Part shown: positions 12,168-24,406 of the stretch, piece after piece
Layout of the letters: the number at the start of each line of letters is the position of its first letter
How positions within the stretch are numbered: the first letter of the stretch is position 1
Assembly (NCBI RefSeq): GCF_006345805.1
Contig: NC_043008.1
Coordinates: forward strand, 3,906,001 to 3,970,000
DNA from: Octopus sinensis
Lineage: Eukaryota
DNA: 64,000 nt
Reading direction: 5' to 3'
The notes under the pieces: generated by a model
Told to the model about the DNA's origin: nothing
Databases searched by the model: none
The model's input: the letters and a program-made list of their open reading frames with translations, nothing else
Program-made: the position numbers and the translations under genes

Positions 12168-12773
12168 TCATCTTGAAAGGGGGAGGATACATGATAATGT
12201 AGTCCTAGATAAATTGCCCGAAAAAAGAAATGACGGTTGGTCGCAACTGAAACCTCTTTGATCATAGGTTCGCTGCAAAGGAGATTTGTCAGAGAATTGG
12301 CCTTTCTGTATTTGATTCAACACTTCCAAGAATTTTTCTTCTGTCAGAGCGATTAGGTCGTCCAATGTGTCATGTAAAACATATTGCTTGCTAATACTAC
12401 AAGTCATATGCTCATCGGTACACGTTCTCGATAAACTCTGGGGAAATAGAAACAGCTTCGGAAAATTACATATTTGTATATGATAGTTCCGACAAAAATA
12501 TGACTTAATAATACACGACATCACAAAGCAGTTCGTACAATTCTTTATTCTAACACCCACCGAAAATAATTCCGAAAAACTTTCCAACAATATGTCATTT
12601 TAACTTTTGTTCTTTTCACAATGTCGAGTATTTGCAGAGGTGCATGAATAAAACTGGATTATCTTGCTTTTATTCCTGTCAATAAAGTCAATCTCCCGTG
12701 ACAAAAGACTGTATTCTTTCCTCGTGATAGTTTCATATTGCTTCCTTGGGTTTTCGAAGTAGGCATTACACAT
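12168..12773 (-). other. Unidentified near-open reading frame (202 codons, one internal stop at 12600-12602)
   Basis: MCNAYFENPRKQYETITRKEYSLLSREIDFIDRNKSKIIQ...*NDILLESFSELF...VLHDTLDDLIALTEEKFLEVLNQIQKGQ in non-repetitive sequence; no family recognised. Confidence 0.3.
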
Positions 12774-14479
12774 TTATCTCTTGGTAACAATAAATCATTC
12801 TATCAGATCGATAAAAGATTCAATAAGTTACAGTAAGTAGATAAAATGGAAGTAATTCTATTAAAGAAATATTTTCCGTGGACGTCGAAGTACGATCTTC
12901 AATGTTCAAATATTCAACGACTTTCAGAAAGCTGATAACCTGTTAAAGTCTTTATAGCGACCAGTTAAGTTCTCATATGAGTTGCTTTCAAGGGGGAATT
13001 GCATTTTAAGTTTGCTTCTCCAGCAAGTTAAGCATGCAGAATTTCATTAGCAAATTGATTTGTGAATAAGTTTCTCAGATATAAGAGTATTTCATGAATG
13101 TATGCTTTATTAAGACATCAATACTAAATTAAGTTGTAATCTTCAGAAACCACTAACTCTAATACGTTCTCGCTCTTCATGATTGTTGAAATTTGCTAAT
13201 GAAGGCCATCAAAGCAACGCAGTTTTTCCTTCACCCACTAAAATGTTACAAACAACATTTAATATATGACATTTACATAAGTCAAACATAAACGGACGAT
13301 GTTAATGTATTACAAATAAAACTACCTTGAAATCGTGTATCACGCAGCTTGTGTTGCCCTTTATCAAATAATGGAAACACTCAAACATTTTATCTACATT
13401 TCAGATGATCATATAAAATTTATGAATCTTATATGCATATCTTTTAAGAGACATTTCGTTATATTTCTGAACAGGAAGATTCTACAGCCTCAAATTCCCG
13501 AGCCATAGTAAATAAAACCTGTCATTCTAGAATTGTTACGTGTAATAGAATGGTATTCTGTTTGGAGACAACTTCAACATTCATCTACATCATGATACTA
13601 AATCCAGTCAAATACTACATATGTATGTGATTTACCAGTATGATTCGCCGCAGGGTAACATGTTAATATCTACGTAATAGGAAATTTTTAACAAATCTCT
13701 CGCCCTTTGCCCTAAATAGCCAGTATAGTTCTTTCTCTTGCCGTTTTTCCAACTCCTGGAAACACTATTAAATACTTGTGATTGCATTGGAGAAGTAATC
13801 AACCTGAACATATTCAAAATCAAAGTGAACTTATCTGTTTCAGATCACGTGGTATCTAATACTGTCCACTAGCTTTCACTGCCAACTGTTTTCCAGACAT
13901 CAATTTAATAGACTCTGAAAAATGTATGAAGTTCCTTACAAAATATAAATGTATTTTCTATTTAACTTTCTTATCTCGAAATGATTCTAAAGCAACACAT
14001 TTTTCTTATTTTCTATTCTCAATATAATCCGTCACCTTCATCTCTTCTCACATGACGATGTCTTCTTTACCTTTGAAAGTAAAATGAAATAAAATATCTG
14101 TTACCTTTTAGACCCCAGAAGATGTTGATAATTGAAAATCGAAAACTGAGTGGATAAAAATGATGGTACAAACACCTACATGCCTTATGCCACTTAGTTT
14201 CTTCCATTCAGATTTTGATGTAGAATCCCGCCGAGGTGGATTTCCATACACATATTTCTATAAATTGTAAATAAGGTAGCACTAATATATCATTACACAA
14301 ACCGTATAAAAAGCTTATATAAATTGACTTCGCTCCAGTACAAGCAACCAAAATTTCGAAATCAGATAACGACCACCACAGGCTATTATTAAGCTCCTTT
14401 CAGGCCAATTCTGCCAATTTCAGGCAGTATTTCTCTGCTTTCATTTTCACTTATTGTGACAATAGCATGAACGTCATAT

Positions 14480-14700
14480 CTTCCATCAATACACGCACAG
14501 ATATCCTAGACTTGGTCCAAAAGAAGGCCACTCGGCTGATTGGCAAAAAGTTATGGCTACTATCCAGCTTGTGATTCCACGTACATGCTGTTATGTCTAC
14601 TAATACTTCATTGGACTTTCTTTCTCAAAGCTTGCTAATCTCGTGCCACCTCCACCAATGTGAATCAATTGTCTTTCATCGCCGAGTCGTTACGTTCCTG
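14480..14700 (+). mobile_element. CR1/Jockey-group LINE ORF2 C-terminal relic
   Basis: DILDLVQKKATRLIG (about 14504-14548) followed by YFIGLSFSKLANLVPPP, matching the LDRVQRRATRLI...Y.YFHG.CS.EL..L.P tail of CR1-group RTs. Confidence 0.6.
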
Positions 14701-14715
14701 ATATTGACATTTAAA

Positions 14716-15150
14716 CGCATGCATACATACATACATACATACATACATTCATACATACATACATGCATACATACATAAATACATACATTCATACATACAT
14801 GCATACATTCATACATACATAAATAAATACATACAATACATACATACATACACACATACGTACATACATACATACAATACATACATACATACATACATAC
14901 AATACATACATACATACAATACATACATACATACATACATACATACACACATACGTACATACATACATACATACATACAATACATACATACATACAATAC
15001 ATACATACATACATACATACATACATACATACATACATACATACATACACACATACATACATACATTCATACATACATACATACATGCATACATACACAC
15101 ATACATACATACATACATACATACATAGTGATAGATAGATAGATAGATAG
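14716..15150. repeat. (ACAT)n microsatellite with variant units
   Basis: Directly visible. Confidence 0.95.
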
Positions 15151-15276
15151 TTATGCATTTACGTATATATATGTATACATATACACATATATACATATGC
15201 GTATACGTAGATATATATGCGAATCCGTGAGCAACAGTCCGGATACTTATTGATCAGACCACGTATGTATATGTGT

Positions 15277-15279
15277 GAG

Positions 15280-15365
<86 letters not shown>
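15277..15365. repeat. (AGAT)n microsatellite
   Basis: Directly visible. Confidence 0.95.
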
Positions 15366-16169
15366 TCATAATAAATTGTCGAGCATCAGGAATATTTCAT
15401 AAATTCGAATTTTCCTCTTCATCTCGGCTGCTTATAGCAGTAAAAATATGGAAATAAACTCGACTTTTCTGAACTTATGGAAATACAGAATTTTACACGA
15501 GTAAAACTTCTTCGTTTGTTGCTTACGAAAATATAACACAATGTAGTAATGTAATATTGTGTACGTTAGCTTAGAGGCTGATTCTTTAAATTGTTTATGA
15601 ATCACTGACATCTAGTTTAGAAAGGAAATTCTAAACATGAAGGTGTGGGTAAATAAAGCTTAATCCGGTTCCAAGTTTGATATCTTTTTAAAAAATCAAA
15701 GTCAAAAGGAGTTGCCACTTCAGTAGACAGCACATGAAATGCAAAAGGAACGTGTATTGAAGGATTAAATGGTTATAAAGCAAATTATGGAATAATCTGC
15801 GAATTTGTGAATAATTTGCATAAATCTTGTAAAGCCAAACATGAAATGAAGCATAAAAGGAATTTGTAAATAAAAAGATTTTCTTCTCTTTAAAGGTTTT
15901 ACTTTCAAAGAAGAAGCGTTCATGGAAGCCTTTAAGTAAATACTATCAGCATTTGCAGATCTTCATGTCAGCTGTGAAATCCCAAAACTTGCTCCCATGA
16001 TGATAAATCTCACTTTTAAAAATCATAATTTAGCAAATTGTATAGAAATAGAACCAAAAAAAAACCCAGTTTGATATATTGAAACAAACAAAAATGGAAT
16101 TTCGTTCAATTGTATTTTTCATCTTCAAATTCGCGGAAACCTGTTTGAAATTAAGAGACAATGGGGTGA

Positions 16170-16310
16170 AGAAATTCGCTTCGCAACCATGTGGCTTCGA
16201 GTTCGGTCTCACTGTGCGAATCCCTGAGCAATTGACTTCTACTACGGCCTCAGGTCGGTTAGTGTCCTGAGAATGAATTTGGTAGACGAAACTACGTGGA
16301 AGGCCGTCTT
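16170..16310 (+). mobile_element. SINE family C copy
   Basis: GAAGAAATTCGCTTCGCAACCATGTGGCTTCGAGTTCGGTCTC...TTGACTTCTACTACGGCCTCAGG...TTTGGTAGACGAAACT. Confidence 0.65.
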
Positions 16311-17027
16311 ATATGCATACATACGTACACACACACAAACACACACACGTTTCATGTATGTATGTATGTATGTATGTATGTATGTATGAACTATGTGTGT
16401 GCGCCTTTTGAGTTTGTCGCCTTAGCTTTATTGTTTACATCCATACAACTTAACGAGTCGACCCAAAAAAGAACGATAGAATCGTTTCCGGACTTGAAAT
16501 AAGTACTAAATACATTGAAATTCTGTCTTCTTACATTTCTATGTTCAAATCGCACCCATGACAACTTTGCCTATAATTCCTCCAGGGTTTAAACACTGCA
16601 TCGATTTTACTCGTCTATTCCCATTCAACCAAAGTACGTGGCATTGTGCCAAATGTATTATTCTGGAGCATACAGCATATTAATGACTGAAATAATTTAG
16701 AACATAAAGATTGTAATTACATTTCTTCGTTACCACAAATAGTTGCTCAAGATCTGCTAATTTCCATAAAAGTATCAAACTAAAGCAGACACTTATGAAA
16801 TATTAGAATTTGTGGTCATTAAACGAGATCTACTAGGTTGTTCTTATCGTACGCTGACCAATTTCCAGGAATTTTTCCAATATTCATTTCCAGTATACTT
16901 TGCTGATTAATTTTGTGTATAAAATGAATCGCAAATGTGTATATATAACGTGTCTGTGTGCGCACACACGCACACACTCGTGCGCACTCGCGCGTGTGTA
17001 TATAAAACCAAAACCGCGCTCTAACAT

Positions 17028-17093
<66 letters not shown>

Positions 17094-17189
17094 TATTTAG
17101 GAATATATGAAACTATTGCTAGATTTTCTATTTGATATTTACTGATAATTTGGTTATCAGCACAGGCTGATATCACAACCCCTTATATC

Positions 17190-17412
17190 TGTTTTTTACT
17201 ACCCACAAGGGGCTAAACATAGAGGGGACAAACAAGAACAGCCAAACGGATTAAGTCATTTACATCGACCCCAGTGCTTAACTGGTACTTAATTTATCGA
17301 CCCCGAAAAAATGAAAGGAAAAGTCGACCTCGGCGGAATTTGAACTCAGAACGTAACGGCAGACGAAATATGGCTACGCATTTCGCCCGGCGTACTAACG
17401 GTTCTGCCAGCT
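17190..17412 (-). mobile_element. SINE family A with 11-bp TSD
   Basis: Near full-length; flanked by CCCCTTATATC at 17179-17189 and 17413-17423. Confidence 0.9.
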
Positions 17413-17724
17413 CCCCTTATATCCTCTTTCAACTACTTCATATCTACAACATAGTCAAATCTGCATCTAACAGCCAGGGTGGCTTTCTTCATAGGGGACG
17501 GCGTGATTAGATAATGGTCCTTTTACACAGCGGAAGTGTGACTAAACGCCATTAAAGTACTACTTCTCATCTGGAACGAGTAGCTGCTACGGAGACAAAC
17601 TACGCAGATGGCATCCCTTCACAAATCCATCCGATTGATTTATATACGCTTTCACACACCAACATACTGCAAACGCTACACTATTGATGTTCTACTCTCT
17701 TTCATTCTCCTCCTGCATCTCTCG

Positions 17725-17793
<69 letters not shown>

Positions 17794-18192
17794 CTGCCTA
17801 TCTTCTCCCTATTTCTCTTCCTTCTCCATTTCACTTTGTCGCATTTTCTTTTACTCTTCTCTTACATTTCTCTCGGCTAAACTCTACCATAAACTACAAC
17901 GGTTCCAATTCATCTCAACTCTCAGTGGTGTTGTTCCACTTGTTTTATTGCCTAGCCCTGGGTCAACTCTGATCGACGAGACTTATGTTCAATGACATTC
18001 CAGCCATGAATATCCAACATTATTTGCGTGTCTTTTTATTTAAGACGCTTTAGTATTGCTCGCTTTTATTATTACAATATACAACAGAATAGACCAATAA
18101 ATTTCAGTGAACACTATGTATATAAATTTATCGAACTTAATGAAATACACATGTACAACATCACGAATAGAATTACAAATTGTTAGCATTAA

Positions 18193-18466
18193 TAGTGGTT
18201 CCCAAAGTGGGAAGTGCTGCCAGCTCACTCCTTGGAGAAGAAGTTTGAAAAAAAGTGGGGTTATAATGAAGAGGCCAAAGGATGTAAAACCAAAAAGTTA
18301 TGGGTTAAGTTTTATTTGTGAAATACGGTTGTTTTGAATTTGCTTCGGAAAGTGGTCTATTTTTGAGGTGGTGAGTAGCAGGGGTGCTAGTAATGTGACC
18401 TGTGGGTTGGAGGCAACTGGAATGTGCAAAGGGGGCGGCATTTCGAAAAAATTTGGGGAACCAATG
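18193..18466. mobile_element. hAT-like MITE (decayed)
   Basis: Ends TAGTGGTTCCCAAA...TTTGGGGAACCAATG resemble CAGTGGTTCCCAAA-type hAT TIRs; no clean 8-bp TSD remains. Confidence 0.55.
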
Positions 18467-18720
18467 GCGTACAGGATCAAATACATCATCCTTTAGCTTA
18501 GTTTGTCTTACTTTATGTCACTGGTTGATTTCAGTTATTTCCCTTGTGCCATTGCATTGTTCCATTAAGCAATTTATACCGATCAAAAGATTAGTCGTAA
18601 CTCTTTTATTCTTTATAAAACAAATCTGCCAACTGCACAGGCAAGCTTGAATATAGTATAGTATGCTGAAAGTGTCTAGCAGACCGATATAGATATTCCT
18701 CTGTCTCTGTCTCTCCTTCC

Positions 18721-18774
<54 letters not shown>

Positions 18775-19344
18775 ATATCTAGTTTTATGTGTTTATGTAT
18801 GAATGTGTGTGTATATATATATATGTGTGTGTGTAAGTATGTATGTATGTACGTATATATGTATCTAACCTGCGTATTTTATTGTCACTGCTATTATTCA
18901 GGCACTAAAAGACTTGTTTTGTGTTCGCAGTTCCACTCTTGAAACAGTAATATTTCCTTTCCCTTTTATACATTGCTTTATATTTTCTGCTATCAGTACA
19001 TGGTGCCATCTATATTTCCATTAATGATCTATCATTATCGTATTATCGATCGATGCTTATAACGGACAAAGGTAAAATTTTTAAGTTATGAAAAAAAAAT
19101 GCAATATGTCGAAAGGAAACAAAAAAAAAAGGAGAAAGACTAAGAGAGCCATCATTTTTGAAGCTTATACGCAGATTAACTCTTATAAATATAGTGCCAG
19201 TTTTATCTCATTTCAATGTTTATAATGGTTGATTGACATGCTGGAATAGGTAATGAGAACCGTCTGCGATCTGTTTATATAATATATTTGTCCATTTGTT
19301 GCTGAAAACACCATGAATACTGTTGTAGTTGCTATTATTATTAC

Positions 19345-19391
<47 letters not shown>

Positions 19392-22300
19392 TATTATTAT
19401 TATTATTTATTGTTGTTGTTATTATTATTTATTGTTGTTGTTATTAAGCAAGGTCTAGAGAATTATATAACATGACAAAGAATATTTGGAATTTATTTCC
19501 TATTTATTTTTTTTTTAATCTTCCTATCTTTTGTTGATACCTCCTATGGAAATGACATCAAGTTTCATTGTAACAAAATTGTTTAAACAAAACATAACCA
19601 AAGAAAAATTATTATATCAAAGGGAAAATCGATATTGGGGATTATAAAAATAGTTTTCTTGGAAATAAATTAGCACTCGGCTCAGTTGTTGCAGCAGTCA
19701 TCTTTAAAATTTCCTATCTTCTCTTTAGGGTTTATTCATTTTTGATAAAACATTACTAGTTCTATATATGTTGGTAAACATACGATAAGCGTATATAGAA
19801 CCAGTAATGTTCTATCAAAATAATGTTATTATCGTATATAGAACTAGTTATGCTCTATCTAAAACAAGCGGTGTTTATGTAGACTAAATGAATGAAGTTA
19901 TAAAATGCTGGTGGTCTCCTCATTTAGCTTGGAATAATAGTAAAACTTTAATATCAACTGTTTCAGTCTTACATTATGGAATCTATAAAAGCATTGTTTT
20001 ATGAAGTCATGGTGATGACACGATATTCGGCTGCATCTCTCGGCTCAGAAACTGTAGTATGCCAAGTCGTTATGTCTAATATTGTGTTCTTTTATTAAGG
20101 CAAAGACATAAACAACTTTGAAAATAAAGCTTGATGGTTATTAAAGATAGAGAACAAAGCTGATTGTTGATTACAGGAACGTTGCCACAAATCCTTCTGA
20201 GGATTTAATGAGGTTATAGGTTACGCAAAACTCTTTGAAATTCATTGCTTCGTTATAATTAAAAATTTCAATTAGGAATTCAACTTCAATCTGAGCTTGT
20301 GCATTGTGCAGAAATCACATCAAATTTCGCTTAAGAATTCAGAAATAATCTTAATACGTTTTCAGACATTAAATCAGAAACGGTTATCTCTATTACATCT
20401 TTGATTTAGTGAATTTGTATTCATTAGCGTCAAAATAATTTCCACCAACAACAAACGCTAAAATAATGACACAATATTTTATTAAACACTTTATTTTATC
20501 AGAGAGAGTGATTTAGGGTAATATATTCTAGACTAAGTGTACTATTTATTACTTGGAAATACTTTAGGGTAACAACTAACACTGAGACGAAGTCTCAATA
20601 GGAAAAGTAAGATAACTAGTTCTCTTCTCTGGTGATATTTCGTTACTGGAATAAATGACACATATAGTGATGGTGCAAGCCATAGGAAATTTATCTCTAT
20701 ATAATGATAGCCGATATAAATATTGGCTGGTTGGTTGGTTGAGTCCCCGTCACTTTTTAGATAGCAGAGAGCGAGAGAGGGGGGAGAAGTAGAGAAAGCT
20801 AAAAAAGATGCAGAGGTATTTAGCTTAAGTGGTGCAGGATGAGTACATACTAGGTGGGCTTGATGACGGGCAATAAGTAAATGAAGGCTACATTCACAAT
20901 GAGAGAGAAAGACTCATAAGAGAGAGTTGCAGAAGGCGGATGAGGGAAGGAGGAGAAAATGACATAGTAATTAGGTGTTAATGATGCTGAGGATTATGAA
21001 GGAAGAGAAATATTTACAATCAGCTTACAACTTTGAATTGGTTGAGAATTTTTATTTATTCACTCAGATTTTAACAACAATTTTTCTAATTAAAATCGTA
21101 TATCTCATTTATAATAATATGATTAAAATATAATTTTCTAAGAAAGATCACATATACTAGGAACCACTAAAAATGCAAAAAAAGAAAAGTTCTATTGAAT
21201 AAAGTAATTATCTTAGGAAGTAAGCTGTTCAGATATTTATTCATAGAAACTCTTGTGTTACAATTGAAAAATAATAAAGAAACAATTTTTAGATAAAATT
21301 TTCATTTCTATGAGTGCTAAAAATGTTCTGTAACAGTAAGCTATTAAGATGTATCGAGTAACTTATAGGTTCGGAAATTATGGGAAATTTTATTAAAGAA
21401 AAACATAAAATGTATTTTTATTCGAGATTAAGAATTAGCTTAATAACATTATATTTTATGTATCTCAGATATTCTACAGCTAATCGAAGCCATAATTTGT
21501 TCCATTGCATGTCATTTGGTGCATTTCGGAAAAAAAGGTTGCAAATAACGGTATGAAGATTACAAATCAAAAAAGAATTAAGAACGCATTCCTCTTGATA
21601 TATTTTTCTTTACTCGATGAAGGTTGACTCCTGTGATTTCATTAGATATTACTTTACGTAAAGATACTTGCAGAAATATTTCTAGATGATATTTCCTTGC
21701 CAATTCTTTTAAAGAATGATCGTAGCTTTGCTGGGAAATATTTCTAATATTTACAAAACATTGATTACTTACTTTTGCTGTGTAGGAATCAACAATTTAA
21801 CATAGCCTTTTGATAACTGGTGTTGACATCTATAATCGCTTAAGTTTAATATTATCAAACGAGGGAGACACTTCTTCGAAGAATTCGATGGAGTTATCGA
21901 ACTCATTAACATAGATTTGGTTCTCAAATGCGAAAAACAACTTAACAAGTGACAAAAGCCCCCAAAACAGTCTCTTGTGAACACTCAACCTAATAAAAAT
22001 ATCAACCAAATTCCATCAAGTCTCACCCTCGGTACGAAAGAAACATTGCATAATGTAGTCCTAAATATACAAAAACAGGATTGCCACGGTTGGATAGCTC
22101 TTAATCATAAATTTCTCCAATCTTCTTGGGACTGAATAGCAGCAACATTGTAACAGATGACGAGCTAATGATTTAGTCTCAACACAATCACCCAAACTAC
22201 TAGAAATAGCAGCCAATCTCCCACAAATTACACATCCTATCATCTAAAAGCAAGAATACTGTGGGAAACGTAGTCCTTGACACAGTAATCCTGAGAAAAA

Positions 22301-22869
22301 AACGACGAGAAGATGACGGTTTGTGAGTAGTTGATCATAAAAGGCTCAAATTCTGATGTCCTTGGGCTAAACAGCAACGACGAACATGAGGTCGACATGA
22401 GGGAATTTCTGTGCAATTGCTCAGAGTATTTTGTAACAGTAATTAAATCTCAACTCAAACTGTTACTTAACGTCTTAAATAAGGAGAGAGATATCAGGAA
22501 ATGTAATCCATTATATACAAAAATACTGTTTGGTCGTGGGAGGAATGCCTTTGATTAAATGCCTGCCTGACAAAGAAATATCTGAGTTGACGTCATAGTC
22601 TGATATAAGAAACTTTAATCACATATTACAAGCGTCGTTCTCTGGTCGCAGGTCTTTGAAAGGAAAGACGGAGAACAAGAACGTGAGGATATTGAAATAA
22701 CATTATGAAATATTTCGTTTGTTTCAAGAAGTTTCAGAAATATTCCGATTTAGTTAGTTTAGACGTACAATTGGTGATTTATTTGTAATTTCAGTTTTAA
22801 GGTTTTTAGTGCTTTTTTTTATTGTGATTTATGATCTATTCATTTATTGTAGTAATACTGTTCACTGCA

Positions 22870-22894
22870 GTATGTATGTATGTATGTATGTATG

Positions 22895-22928
<34 letters not shown>

Positions 22929-22961
22929 TGTATGTATGTATGTATGTATTATGTATGTATG

Positions 22962-22995
<34 letters not shown>

Positions 22996-23003
22996 TGTAT
23001 GTA

Positions 23004-23034
<31 letters not shown>

Positions 23035-23101
23035 ATGTATGTATGTATGTATGTATGTATGTATGTATGTATGTATTTATGTATGCGTGTGTATGTATGT
23101 A
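22870..23101. repeat. (ATGT)n microsatellite
   Basis: Directly visible. Confidence 0.95.
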
Positions 23102-23479
23102 TCAACAGTAAGGCTGGAGGACATACCACAGAGGAGTCACTTGCGTGATAAATACATATATGGTAGAGATTAATATATGTGTGTAAGATACTTAGTTGAA
23201 AAGTAACTTCGATTAACTGAGATTAAGATTATTTTTACAAATAGAAAAAAAATTTTCTTGTAGAAGTGTTTCAAAACTAAGAAAAAAAAAGTTTTATAAA
23301 ACATTCCAAAACTATTAGCTAGTTAAATTTTTGAAAAGTAAAAGCAATGCATTTTGGAGCAGAGCAGATCTTGTTTGTGAAGCCAACCAATGAAAGCAAC
23401 GGACATGTTTTCGATCTTTCTAGATCTCATCAACAAAGCATATTCACATGCACCTCAGTTTGCCCTGTCTTACATAATG

Positions 23480-23517
<38 letters not shown>

Positions 23518-23821
23518 ATGTGTGTGTGTGTGCGTGTGTGTGTGTTTGCCAGGCGAGTGGACTGCAGCAACGTGAAATTAAGTGTTTTTCTCAAGAATAC
23601 AATGCATCACCCAGTCCAGGAATCGGAACCACAATGTTACAATCATGAGGGCAACACCCTGACCACTAACCTACGCGTCTCTACCATATATGTGTGTGCG
23701 TGTACGTATATATATATACACACAGAGAGGGGGGAAACGGGTTATAAGGATCAGCAATAAGTCTAAGTCTAACAGTCTCAAGCAAACACTCTGCTTGCTG
23801 CATATACATACAGTAGTGTAA

Positions 23822-23905
<84 letters not shown>

Positions 23906-24406
23906 GGAAGTGTTATCATGTACATTGTTTTGTCTTGGTATAAAAGATGGGCTACAGCAAATATTCTGCTCAATACCACAGATTTGCTTGTCAGTTGTTT
24001 GACCTTAACCAGTTGAGCATGTCCCTTAGTGGCTGACGATATGTGCATCTCTGATCACGAGCAGAAGTAGTGGGGGAGCATCATAGCCATGTGTTGAGAG
24101 GGATTCTTTGGGGTTTGAATAGTTCACCTCTGGAAACATGGGTGGTTCTTTCAACATCCTTAAACAACCCTTATTCAGGGACCGTTTGAGCGGGATGGGC
24201 TACTCAACCTGAATAAAATTCTAACTGGGCCCCACCTGCAAGGTCATGTGCTGTTTATCTTGATATGAGATCACCATGTCGCGCACATATGGTTGTGATG
24301 CATGTGCCTGGTGTACCTTTATCAGACGGGTAGTCATGATGGGTATATTGGGCTTCGTATATTTTACCCCAGTGTCACTTTGATGGCATGAACTGCTCTC
24401 TCACTC
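23906..24406 (-). mobile_element. 501-bp non-autonomous retroelement embedded in (AAT)n (R4/Dong-associated, inferred)
   Basis: Bounded exactly by (AAT)n on both sides (23821-23905 and 24407-24423); homologous to 6128-6408. Confidence 0.8.

Noticed and set aside
13740-13790. Walker A-like LIVFPGVGKT on the minus strand
   Set aside because: Lacks the first Gly of GxxxxGKT, sits in a frame full of stops, and is in a different frame from the neighbouring protein-like pieces.
21769-22800. Protein-like short frames (FNIIKRGRHFFEEFDGVIEL; ORF 22331..22558)
   Set aside because: Lengths of 35-75 codons are within chance expectation, and they are interleaved with family E repeat fragments.
23546-23558. 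Exact 13-mer TTGCCAGGCGAGT repeated at 40608-40620
   Set aside because: Tens of 13-mer pair matches are expected by chance in 64 kb; the flanks do not align.
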